From sequence record NC_042100.1: a stretch of DNA of 64,000 bases; one strand, 5' to 3'. Of this stretch, positions 9,778-18,613 are shown in pieces. The translations under genes and the position numbers were made by a program. The stretch's first letter is position 1; every line of letters starts with the position of its first letter. The notes beneath the pieces were generated by a model that worked only from the letters and a program-made list of their open reading frames with translations, was not told the origin of the DNA and did no database searches.

Positions 9778-11035
9778 ACAAGACGTTAGTAGTGAATTAG
9801 CGGCACTTAGTGTGGTCAGTTCTACTGAACTTGCAGATCAGGCAAAGGAAGGTCGCGATCTGGTTAAACTCCAAGAACAGATCAACAACTCGATTGACCG
9901 CGTAGAAGCGGTCAAAACAGTTTTAGGTCAAACGGAACCTAAAGATGTCACCCAACTATTTGGTAACATCGTTGACCGCCAACTGGAGCGCGTAGGGATT
10001 CGTAGCTTTGGTGATTCTGAAGAAGTTGCTGGTGTTGAATCTCTTGGTTACCAGTTAACACCGAAGCGTTACTTGGAAACTCGTATCGCGGCATGTGAGT
10101 CGTTCTTAACAGAATTCATGGACTGGAGTCGTTCTATCGCTAAACGCTTTTATGATGAAGTGTTAGAACAACTGGTCCTTATGAAAGACAGTCACGATAC
10201 TCTTACCAAGCGTGCTAAACTACTGCAAGGCAAGTTAAATGATAAGAACACTCAATTCCTAAAAGAGGAGTTGACAATGAGCGGAACCAACCGTGTACTT
10301 TTGTTAAACAACAAAGTGCCGGAGGACATCCATGCTCAGATCTTACGTTTCGTGGCTACTACGCGTGCTATCACGAGTAACTTCTACCGAGTTAACCAAG
10401 CTAACACCAATGAGATCATTTCTTACTTTGGTGGGTTCTCTGGGTTAAATGAAGAACAAGCGATCGAGCGTCTACTTAAACTCCCGCGTGCTTTGTCTAA
10501 GTACCAGTTTAAAGAAGCAATGTTCAATCTTCGTGAGCAATCTAACGACATCTATCAAACCCGTGCAAGTGTGACGTTATTGGGTGACCGACGTTACATC
10601 AATACGTTCCTCGTTAAGCGTGATGAATGTCGAGACATCACTCAACTTAAAGAGTGGGTTGAAACATACCGTAAAAACGAACGCATTAAGTTGGAGATGA
10701 TTGAACGCCCTAGCTCCGATGTAATCATCCCTTCGTTTGATAAAGATCAAATTGATCGTGCCATTCGCAACGTACATTCTACGTTACGCGATGTCGAAGG
10801 TTTGTTTAAAGAAGGGGATCGTTACTTAGTCGATGGTGCAGAGTACAAGAAAATGCTTGCGATGCTAAGTGACGTGACTTGGTCTGAAAGTACGAAGACA
10901 GCGGTCGGTGATGCTTACATCGCTTTAGTGTTAGCTCGTAACAACGAACAAGTCCGTATGCGTTCTGATGTTGTTAAATATACCACGTTGGTCATGAACG
11001 CTATCCTTAACGTTTGTGAATCCTCTATGGAGTAA
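9770..11035 (+). CDS. Internal head protein paralog
   Basis: SD ggag 9 nt before ATG 9770. The GVESLG and ACESFLTEF sites precede an amphipathic helix. Confidence 0.6.
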   Translation: MPEQDVSSELAALSVVSSTELADQAKEGRDLVKLQEQINNSIDRVEAVKTVLGQTEPKDVTQLFGNIVDRQLERVGIRSFGDSEEVAGVESLGYQLTPKRYLETRIAACESFLTEFMDWSRSIAKRFYDEVLEQLVLMKDSHDTLTKRAKLLQGKLNDKNTQFLKEELTMSGTNRVLLLNNKVPEDIHAQILRFVATTRAITSNFYRVNQANTNEIISYFGGFSGLNEEQAIERLLKLPRALSKYQFKEAMFNLREQSNDIYQTRASVTLLGDRRYINTFLVKRDECRDITQLKEWVETYRKNERIKLEMIERPSSDVIIPSFDKDQIDRAIRNVHSTLRDVEGLFKEGDRYLVDGAEYKKMLAMLSDVTWSESTKTAVGDAYIALVLARNNEQVRMRSDVVKYTTLVMNAILNVCESSME

Positions 11036-11037
11036 AC

Positions 11038-11991
11038 ATGGAAGAAGACGAATACACACCAGAACAACTAGCCTTAGCCTTTAAAGCTCTAGCTGGTGAA
11101 GAGTCTTTTCTCAGTGACATCCGAGACGCGATTGGTTTGGGAGGTTCTAAGACAGAACAAGTCAAAGAACTCGAGGACGGTAAACTTGCTCAACGTTTCA
11201 TGTTGGGCGCAAATACGGTGAGTCGTCTTACTTCCAAAGCCCTAGGTTCTAATGAAGGGGTGATCCAATCCCTTCTTAGTCGTGCTAAGTCGGTGGATGT
11301 CCACGAAGCAAAAGTCTCCGGTAAGTTGATCGCTGACCTAACCGTGGAATCTAATCCGGATCATCTGTTAAAGGATCAAAAGATCCTCACTGACACTATC
11401 TCCTTGGTAATGAAATACCAAAGTGAACTAGAATCCTACGGTACTCAGATCAACACCTTACTTAAAGCAGTGACATCCGCTAAAGGTAACGAACAACTGA
11501 CTGAGATCAGTACAAAACTTGGGTTGGTGAAATTCCCTATTCTGAAGTTAGAAAAACGTGACGAAGATGGGGAACATTCCGACGAACTTCCGGGTGGGAA
11601 GCAAATCCATTGTAAGACTAACCCAGTGGGTTTTGTTTTAGATGGGACAGCTGACCCTAAAGGTGAGCAAACCTTTGAACTGAGTAAGTCTGATCTAACG
11701 AAGTACTTAACTCAGATGCGTTGGGTGAATACTCAACAGAAGTCATTGAGTGAGATGATCAACCGTTACGCTAAGTTCTTAAAGAACTGGAGCACGACCG
11801 TTAAAGAAACTCAAACTCATCTGGATAAAACGGAAGGTGTGAGTAAGTCAGTGAACAACCAGTTAGTGAGCTTCATGGCACTCAATTCTTCCCAAGTGGA
11901 ATTTTATACGACGTTCCTTCCTCGACTGATTGCTTATTTGAATCACTATGTGAATCAAGGTAACGAATTAGCGACCGTTGTTTTAGACTAA
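11038..11991 (+). CDS. Internal head protein paralog with short propeptide
   Basis: AGEESFLSDIRDAIG site at about residue 20. LPGGKQI segment. Confidence 0.55.
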   Translation: MEEDEYTPEQLALAFKALAGEESFLSDIRDAIGLGGSKTEQVKELEDGKLAQRFMLGANTVSRLTSKALGSNEGVIQSLLSRAKSVDVHEAKVSGKLIADLTVESNPDHLLKDQKILTDTISLVMKYQSELESYGTQINTLLKAVTSAKGNEQLTEISTKLGLVKFPILKLEKRDEDGEHSDELPGGKQIHCKTNPVGFVLDGTADPKGEQTFELSKSDLTKYLTQMRWVNTQQKSLSEMINRYAKFLKNWSTTVKETQTHLDKTEGVSKSVNNQLVSFMALNSSQVEFYTTFLPRLIAYLNHYVNQGNELATVVLD

Positions 11992-12048
11992 TTTAACTTA
12001 AGGGGATCTTATCCCCTGATCTTTATTGCAATAAAGGAAACCATAACA

Positions 12049-13332
12049 ATGACACTTAGCATTAAAAACATCCTAGCGCTACACGCAGGGGTCGAGTCAC
12101 TAGAAACACCACCTGTTGACATGCCTGCTGAAGAAGTGGCTGAACTTACAAACGAACTTGAACACCAACAAATGCGTGCTGAGATTCGTGAGAACTCAAA
12201 AGAAATCGACGACACGGCTGAAGTGATCGAAGAAGTTCAAGATCAAGTTGAAGAACTAGAAGAAGTCGTTGAAGGCATGGAAGCGCTTGCTGCTCAACCA
12301 ACTCTTAACCGTCCTGCTATCGCTGTTCTTTACCGTCGTGCAGAACGCATCAACGCTAAACTTGGTGCAGAAGCTCGTCAACAAATCGCTGGTAACGAAA
12401 ACCTAGCATCGGACGATGCGTTCCGTTCTGCGGTTATTGACGGCTGTGAAGGCTTCATGGAAACTGCGAAGAAAGTTTACGAGACAACGTCTTCTTTCAT
12501 CAAGAACATTTTCTATGCGCTGGTTGACGCAGTTAAGAAACTATTCAGCTTTGCAACAGATCAATCTGCTAAAGCTGAGTCCATGAAAAAGCAACTGAAA
12601 GACAAAGAAATCAAGTCTGAAGTTAAACTAGGTGGTTGGAACCGTTTCTTCGAAGGTAATCTAAGTGTGCTCGACACAGTGATGACCAAAGTTGGTGATA
12701 TCGTTCCTGAATTCGGTGGTCTGCTAAAAGACATGTCGGATATTACTTCAGTAACAGAAAGCGATACTGCTTCACTACTTAACAAAGTAGAGGCACTCTC
12801 TGCTAAGTTTGAAGGCGTTATCAAAGGTGATACCATCCCATGGAATATCATTGGTGGTCGTGGTAAACAAAAAACTGCACGCGGTACCAGTGATAAAAAC
12901 CTGATCTACTGGTCTGTCCCGGGTAAAGGTCTGTTTACCCCAGATACTGTGGACAAAGCCATTGCAGAATTCTCTTTTGATGTTGCGACGGTTAACTACA
13001 CTAACATCATCGACGGCACCACACTAACTGGTACTTCGAAGGCGATGTTTGGTAAAGGTGACCTTGACGGTATCTTGAACAGCGTAATTAAGAACGCAGA
13101 AATGATCAAGAAGCTGAAGGCTAGCGTGGAAGGACTTAAATCCACAGTTGACGGCATCGTTAGTAAACTTAAGCAAGGCCCTAAAGAAGGTTCAGATGAG
13201 AAAGCAACCAAGGTGTTTATCTCTGCCCTTAAACGTCTAGTTACGAAACACAGTCAGTTAGTAAATAACTTCTGTCGTATTGTTTCTAGCATCGACGGTG
13301 CGAAGTTGCAAGCAGTGAAAGCTCACTTCTAA
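12049..13332 (+). CDS. Internal head protein, phiKZ gp93-family (phiKZ_IP, PF12699-like)
   Basis: Glu-rich propeptide with GVES, GMEA, GNEN and GCEGF sites, then KSEVKLGGW. C-terminus AVKAHF. Confidence 0.75.
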   Translation: MTLSIKNILALHAGVESLETPPVDMPAEEVAELTNELEHQQMRAEIRENSKEIDDTAEVIEEVQDQVEELEEVVEGMEALAAQPTLNRPAIAVLYRRAERINAKLGAEARQQIAGNENLASDDAFRSAVIDGCEGFMETAKKVYETTSSFIKNIFYALVDAVKKLFSFATDQSAKAESMKKQLKDKEIKSEVKLGGWNRFFEGNLSVLDTVMTKVGDIVPEFGGLLKDMSDITSVTESDTASLLNKVEALSAKFEGVIKGDTIPWNIIGGRGKQKTARGTSDKNLIYWSVPGKGLFTPDTVDKAIAEFSFDVATVNYTNIIDGTTLTGTSKAMFGKGDLDGILNSVIKNAEMIKKLKASVEGLKSTVDGIVSKLKQGPKEGSDEKATKVFISALKRLVTKHSQLVNNFCRIVSSIDGAKLQAVKAHF

Positions 13333-13342
13333 TCTGACTCTT

Positions 13343-13380
13343 AAAGCTGTGGTTCCTAGAACCACAGCTTTATTTTTTTA
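13343..13380 (+). terminator. Intrinsic terminator
   Basis: 13-bp stem AAAGCTGTGGTTC/GAACCACAGCTTT followed by ATTTTTTT. Confidence 0.85.
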
Positions 13381-13405
13381 TTTGTGTTCATCATAGGGTT
13401 GAGAA

Positions 13406-14596
13406 ATGAGTAAAGTGAGAACATCTTTACGAGAAAGTGTCATGGGTCTTGAATCCCTAGAGACATCCTCAGAAGAAACGTCGGAATTAGTTACTGACGT
13501 AAAACTTAAACAAAGCGGGATAGAAGTCAACAAACAACTCAAAGTCCTAGAAACAGAGACCGACACGATTGTTAGTCAGGACGAAGACTTAGAAAGTTTG
13601 GCTGACGCCGTTGAAGGCATGGAAGCCCTCATTAAGAGTGGTGAAACCAACACTCCAGCATTTTCACTTCTGTATCGTCATGCGGAGCGCCTCCACGTTA
13701 AGTTAGGTGGTGAACCCACCACACCTCGTTCGGGTAACGAAAACCTAACCCTAAAGTCTTTGGAAGCTCACGCTATTGTAGGCTTTGAAGGTTTCATGGA
13801 TACGGTAAAAGGTGGTGCTGACAATTTTGTGACCTTCATTAAAAAGATCATCGCTTACATTAAAGACTTGTTCTTAGATTGGTTTAGTTCGGAAAAGCAG
13901 ATTAAATCAAAAGTAGAAAAACTGAAAAGACGTTTAGCGAACAAAGGTGTTGCTAAAGAAGTCAAGGTCGGCGCATGGGGTGCACAAGAACCTGCATATC
14001 AAGGTACTGAAGAAGTAGATGAAAAATTCTACCAACGTTACCGTGAAATTGATGAAAAGATTCATCACGTGTTAATGGCTATTACTGACTTTAATAGTAT
14101 CGAGAAACTGTACGATAACCTTAACAAAATACGTGAAGGTCTTAAGTCCATGTATCCGTACAACGCGCCAGCCAGAGTCATGGGTAAATACACCACGTTG
14201 TCTTTACCGGGTTACCCGAGTGTTCGTTTCCTAAACACCAAGGTCAATAGTTTCCCGGACTCATTAGAGTTCATGAAATCATTACGTTTCTCCGATAACG
14301 TCCTTCCTTATCAACCGAAGGCAGGTAAGGTAAACTCCGAATACGACGCTACTAAGTTGAACGACACACTCGATACCGACATCCCTAAAGCGATGGCACG
14401 TGTTGAGTTTCTAAAGAGTTATTTACGTGGTCTTGAGCAAATGGAAACCCGTGCTCTCAATAAAAATCAGGACAACTACAGTAAATTCATAAAGAGTTTA
14501 TGTGGTATGGTGAGTGCGAAGATTTCTCGTGACATCCGTTGGACAATGAAAACGGTCAAGATGAAACTTGACATGGTAGAAGCACACATCGCTTAG
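13406..14596 (+). CDS. Internal head protein, gp93-family paralog
   Basis: GLES, GMEA, GNEN and GFEGF sites. KEVKVGAW. C-terminus MVEAHIA. Confidence 0.75.
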   Translation: MSKVRTSLRESVMGLESLETSSEETSELVTDVKLKQSGIEVNKQLKVLETETDTIVSQDEDLESLADAVEGMEALIKSGETNTPAFSLLYRHAERLHVKLGGEPTTPRSGNENLTLKSLEAHAIVGFEGFMDTVKGGADNFVTFIKKIIAYIKDLFLDWFSSEKQIKSKVEKLKRRLANKGVAKEVKVGAWGAQEPAYQGTEEVDEKFYQRYREIDEKIHHVLMAITDFNSIEKLYDNLNKIREGLKSMYPYNAPARVMGKYTTLSLPGYPSVRFLNTKVNSFPDSLEFMKSLRFSDNVLPYQPKAGKVNSEYDATKLNDTLDTDIPKAMARVEFLKSYLRGLEQMETRALNKNQDNYSKFIKSLCGMVSAKISRDIRWTMKTVKMKLDMVEAHIA

Positions 14597-14613
14597 TTGC
14601 TAAGGTAAAAAAA

Positions 14614-15813
14614 ATGAAAGGTGTTATGGCGGCTCGCCTAAGAGCAAGAGTTGCAGGTATTGAATCTTTGGATATGACTGAAGAGGAAGTCGTGCAGCTA
14701 GTAGAAGAAGTGGCTGAAAAGAAAGTCGACAACGAAGTAAAAGAGATCAGTAAAGAAGTTGAAAAACTCGCTGATAAGGTAGAAGAAGAAGCCGAACTGG
14801 TTGAAGAACTGGAAGAAGTTGTTGAGGGGATGGAAGGGTTGATCAATTCAGGCAATCCTAACCCTGCCGCTTTATCCATTCTTTATCATCGCGCGGAACG
14901 CATTCATACCAAGCTAGGTGGGACTACCACCATGCCACGCTCTGGTGTCGAGAACCTAACCACTAAAACGTTGGAAGCTCACGCGATCGTTGGTTTAGAG
15001 AGTTTCTCTGATACTTTAAAGAACGTAGGTGAATTCGGTAAAGATTTGGTGCGTCGATCCATTCAGTTCTTGATCGACCTGTGGAACTCCATCATGGGTT
15101 CGGAAAGTCGTATTAAACGCCAAATGAAAGAGCTTAATGAAAAGCTTGATAAAAATGGTGTTAAAGAAAAAGTTAAGTTAGGTCCGTGGGCGAATATGTA
15201 CCCGGCTTACTCAACTTTAGACGAAACGAAGAAAGATCAAGCTCAACTTGCTAACAACCTACTTGACATGGCCCAGACCTTCTTGGATAACATTGAAAAG
15301 CACATCACCAATGAAGGAGAATTAGTTTCTCACTGTAGTGATTTCCAGAAAGGTATCGAGACGTTTTACAACAAAGAAACGTCCGAGCTCACTAAAAGTG
15401 GTGATTTCACACTTTACCGTGTTTCACTGGGTCCGGGTATTCGTTACTATTCTGGTGAGATTAAAACGTTTGGTGACGCTAAGAAGTTCTTGAACTCGAT
15501 TCGTATCCTTCCATATTTAACGGATAAAGTTGAGTCTAAAGAAGTGTCCTCCGTATTTACTAAAACGGATCTCAAACGTTTTTTAAACGAACACGTTCCT
15601 AGACACTTAACTAACGTTAAAAACTCTAAGACCGCCATTAAGAACGTTGAGCGTGACATTAACCAGATTCTAGCTAAAGGACCTAAGCCAGAGTTACAGG
15701 GTTTGTTAAAAGCATACCTGAGTGCTTTAACGAATATCTTCTCAGGCGTCATGCGTAGTAATCAGCGCATAATTAAGGTTGATTTGGAAATGGTAAAAGT
15801 CCATATTGCATGA
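14614..15813 (+). CDS. Internal head protein, gp93-family paralog
   Basis: GIES, GMEG, GVEN and GLESF sites. KVKLGPW. C-terminus MVKVHIA. The start may be ATG 14626. Confidence 0.75.
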   Translation: MKGVMAARLRARVAGIESLDMTEEEVVQLVEEVAEKKVDNEVKEISKEVEKLADKVEEEAELVEELEEVVEGMEGLINSGNPNPAALSILYHRAERIHTKLGGTTTMPRSGVENLTTKTLEAHAIVGLESFSDTLKNVGEFGKDLVRRSIQFLIDLWNSIMGSESRIKRQMKELNEKLDKNGVKEKVKLGPWANMYPAYSTLDETKKDQAQLANNLLDMAQTFLDNIEKHITNEGELVSHCSDFQKGIETFYNKETSELTKSGDFTLYRVSLGPGIRYYSGEIKTFGDAKKFLNSIRILPYLTDKVESKEVSSVFTKTDLKRFLNEHVPRHLTNVKNSKTAIKNVERDINQILAKGPKPELQGLLKAYLSALTNIFSGVMRSNQRIIKVDLEMVKVHIA

Positions 15814-15917
15814 TCGATCACGTAAGGCAGGTAAATACCTGCCTTATCTTAGGGTGTTTACGAGTACCCTAAGATAAGGTCAGACGTGACCTAACATAAA
15901 CCTCATGAGGAACCACT

Positions 15918-17168
15918 ATGTCTATCCGTACAAAACTCTCAGGACTCGCTGGAATGGAGTCGATGTCGAGAGATGAAGTCACTGACGATCTCCATAAAAC
16001 TATCGTCGAAAACGTGTTCGCTAATGACGTGGGTGAAGAACTAGCACCACCAGAAGATTTAGAAGAACAAAAAATAAATAAAGCGATAGCAGAAGTCACT
16101 TCTGATATCAAAGAGTCAAATAAGGTGACTAAGTTTTACCTTAAACAAAAACAGAAACAAGAAGAAGCCGTACAAGACCTTCACGAAGCTGTAGAAGGAT
16201 TGGAGCAACTTCTAACGACCGATTACACCCACGAGTCTTTAAACGCTCTCACGCGCCACACAGAGCGATGTGCTAAACGTGCCGGATTATCTATTAAGCT
16301 CGGTGTAGCCGGTATGGAGGGACTTACTCCTGCTTCAGTCTATTTGTCCGTAAGAAGTGGTTTGGAATCACTGAACGGGGTACAACAAAATAATGCTGAT
16401 TCCATTAAGATTGGTTACGATCGTTTAATCAGTTCTTGTTCGGATGTTGAGAAACGTTATGACCTTTTATTGAAGCGTCTACATTTACTCATGGATCGTC
16501 TTAAGAAACACCCTGAGATTAAATCAGATATTTCACTTGGTGATTGGAACCAGTGGCTAAACGTTCAATCGAAGCCACCTAAACCAATCGTGAAACTCGT
16601 TAACTTAATGGAGATTGAGTACATACTGGATCGCATTAAGGTTTTGGATATCGTTTCTAATGACGACTCAGTGTCGGCTAAAGCTCAGGAACTGTTGAGT
16701 AAAGACATTAAGAAATCCATTGACGTGTCTCGTGATCGCACTGAAGACGGCAAAAATCATAATGCGTGGGAGTTCCGCTTTAATACCGCGTGCTTCTATT
16801 TTGATCTTCCTAATCAAAACGGGACTTCTCTAGAAGCACTTAAAGTGTACAACCTCCGTATGCAACCTTTCAGTTACCGTTACGCTGATAAATCGAAGAA
16901 CGTCTACCACGGTGTTGATGAAATGATTTCCGAGCTAGAAGAAATGATTTCGATCATCGAGGACACCAAGACCACTTACACAGATTGGAAGAAGTCATTA
17001 AAGACTCAACGTGATTCGGTTGTTTCTGCACTCAATGCAGGTAAAGTCGATTCGGGCAAAGCCCTAGGGTACGTCTCGTTACTTAATCGTTTCATGACCG
17101 CTTCCCAACGCGGTATTTACGAAATCATCTCGGCATACGAACATCTATTCCGCGCTCACTTGGTTTAG
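15918..17168 (+). CDS. Internal head protein, gp93-family paralog
   Basis: SD gagga. GMES, GLEQ, GMEG and GLES sites. DISLGDW. C-terminus LFRAHLV. Confidence 0.75.
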   Translation: MSIRTKLSGLAGMESMSRDEVTDDLHKTIVENVFANDVGEELAPPEDLEEQKINKAIAEVTSDIKESNKVTKFYLKQKQKQEEAVQDLHEAVEGLEQLLTTDYTHESLNALTRHTERCAKRAGLSIKLGVAGMEGLTPASVYLSVRSGLESLNGVQQNNADSIKIGYDRLISSCSDVEKRYDLLLKRLHLLMDRLKKHPEIKSDISLGDWNQWLNVQSKPPKPIVKLVNLMEIEYILDRIKVLDIVSNDDSVSAKAQELLSKDIKKSIDVSRDRTEDGKNHNAWEFRFNTACFYFDLPNQNGTSLEALKVYNLRMQPFSYRYADKSKNVYHGVDEMISELEEMISIIEDTKTTYTDWKKSLKTQRDSVVSALNAGKVDSGKALGYVSLLNRFMTASQRGIYEIISAYEHLFRAHLV

Positions 17169-17211
17169 GTGAACGCTCAAGATAACCCTCTTTAACTTCA
17201 TGAAGGAATCC

Positions 17212-18489
17212 ATGATGAACATACGTTTTAAACTAGCCGCTATCGCAGGGCTGGAAACACTATCGAGTGACATTAATCCAGAGGAGCTTCAAACCCACAC
17301 TACTGATGGTGAGTTATCCGCTGACGACGCAGTTATCGAAAACCAGATTAACTATGAAGTATCGGAAGCAAACTCTGATGTGAAAGAATCGGCTAAACTA
17401 GCAGAAAACTTCATTGAGAAAGAAGAAAAGCAAGAACAAGCTTTAAACGACCTAGAAGAAGCTGTAGCAGGTTTTGAAGGTTTATTTGAAGGTGAGTTCT
17501 CTCAAGTAGCTTATGAGCGTTTGATGCGGCACACAGAGCGTTGCGCACAACGTGCTGGTGTAGAACTCCCTATCAAGTTAGCAGGTATGGAGTCCATGAC
17601 TCCCGCTTCCATTTACCTTGATACCCGCAATGGTTTAGAAGGCTTTATGGACTCAGTTAAAGCTAAAGCGGGTGACATTAAGAAATTCATTGTGGATCTT
17701 TACCGTTTCATCATTGATTTGATTAAGAGTCAATTCAGTGCAGCTAAGAAACAGTCTGATGAGATCGCGAACCTTATCAAGCAGGCTAAAAACAAGAAAG
17801 GTCCGTTGAACGAAAAGATCACACTGGGTAAATGGAACGGTCTACTTAATGTAAATGACCTTGGTCTTCCTACTGAAAACGCTTACGCCAACATGTTGGC
17901 TGCGGTAGAGTCAGTTAACGAACTCAACGTACGACCTTTTGTCCTAGGCTCCTTGGATGAAGCCAAAACGCAACTACGTAATTTCGCCAATGCCGTCGGT
18001 CACCTAAAGGGTGATGTTCACACGACTGATCTAGACGGGGTTAAATGTAACGAGATTAAACTGGAGTTAGGTGGTGTGCGGGTTCTCATTAGCACTCCGG
18101 CAGCAAACACCTCAATTCCGGACGAACGTGGTCTAACTAGTATACTGCACATGATCAGCACCAGTAAGAAGGTTATCTCTAGTGGAGCAAATGTCGGTGA
18201 CTCAACCCCTGCTTATTACAAGAACGCAGAAACCGTGGTTAAAGTGCTGGAAGACATGAAAAGGGTTTCTGATAAATTGAGTGAGGTTTATCAGAAGCAA
18301 GTTCGGGCAATAGAGAGAGAACGTGATCTGGTCATCAGCGGTATCGGGATCGAAACATCGGGTGAAGCTAATTACCGTAGCTTGATCCGTAACTTGGTGG
18401 ACGCCAAACGTAAGATCTCTAAAGAAACGAACTCAGCTCTTCGTTCGGTAATGGGTGCACACCTAAGTTGCATACGCAGTCACTTATAA
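17212..18489 (+). CDS. Internal head protein, gp93-family paralog
   Basis: SD aagga favours ATG 17212 or 17215. GLET, GFEG, GMES and GLEGF sites. KITLGKW. C-terminus CIRSHL. Confidence 0.75.
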   Translation: MMNIRFKLAAIAGLETLSSDINPEELQTHTTDGELSADDAVIENQINYEVSEANSDVKESAKLAENFIEKEEKQEQALNDLEEAVAGFEGLFEGEFSQVAYERLMRHTERCAQRAGVELPIKLAGMESMTPASIYLDTRNGLEGFMDSVKAKAGDIKKFIVDLYRFIIDLIKSQFSAAKKQSDEIANLIKQAKNKKGPLNEKITLGKWNGLLNVNDLGLPTENAYANMLAAVESVNELNVRPFVLGSLDEAKTQLRNFANAVGHLKGDVHTTDLDGVKCNEIKLELGGVRVLISTPAANTSIPDERGLTSILHMISTSKKVISSGANVGDSTPAYYKNAETVVKVLEDMKRVSDKLSEVYQKQVRAIERERDLVISGIGIETSGEANYRSLIRNLVDAKRKISKETNSALRSVMGAHLSCIRSHL

Positions 18490-18496
18490 GTAATTA

Positions 18497-18500
18497 TATG
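18497..18500 (+). promoter_or_regulatory. Possible late (nvRNAP) promoter TATG
   Basis: TATG in AT-rich context just after the upstream stop. phiKZ late promoters have a TATG consensus. The motif is short and non-specific. Confidence 0.35.
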
Positions 18501-18613
18501 TAGAATACTATAGTACTGTAGTGCTACACCTTTCGGGATTGTGTGATGACCCCGTTTAGAAAATTTAATTAAATCTTCTAGTCAAAAAGACTAAACATCA
18601 AAGGAACATAGTT

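Noticed and set aside
18500-18613. Possible tRNA or riboswitch in the structured spacer
   Set aside because: No cloverleaf, T-loop (GTTCRA) or recognisable aptamer consensus. Kept only as a structured leader.
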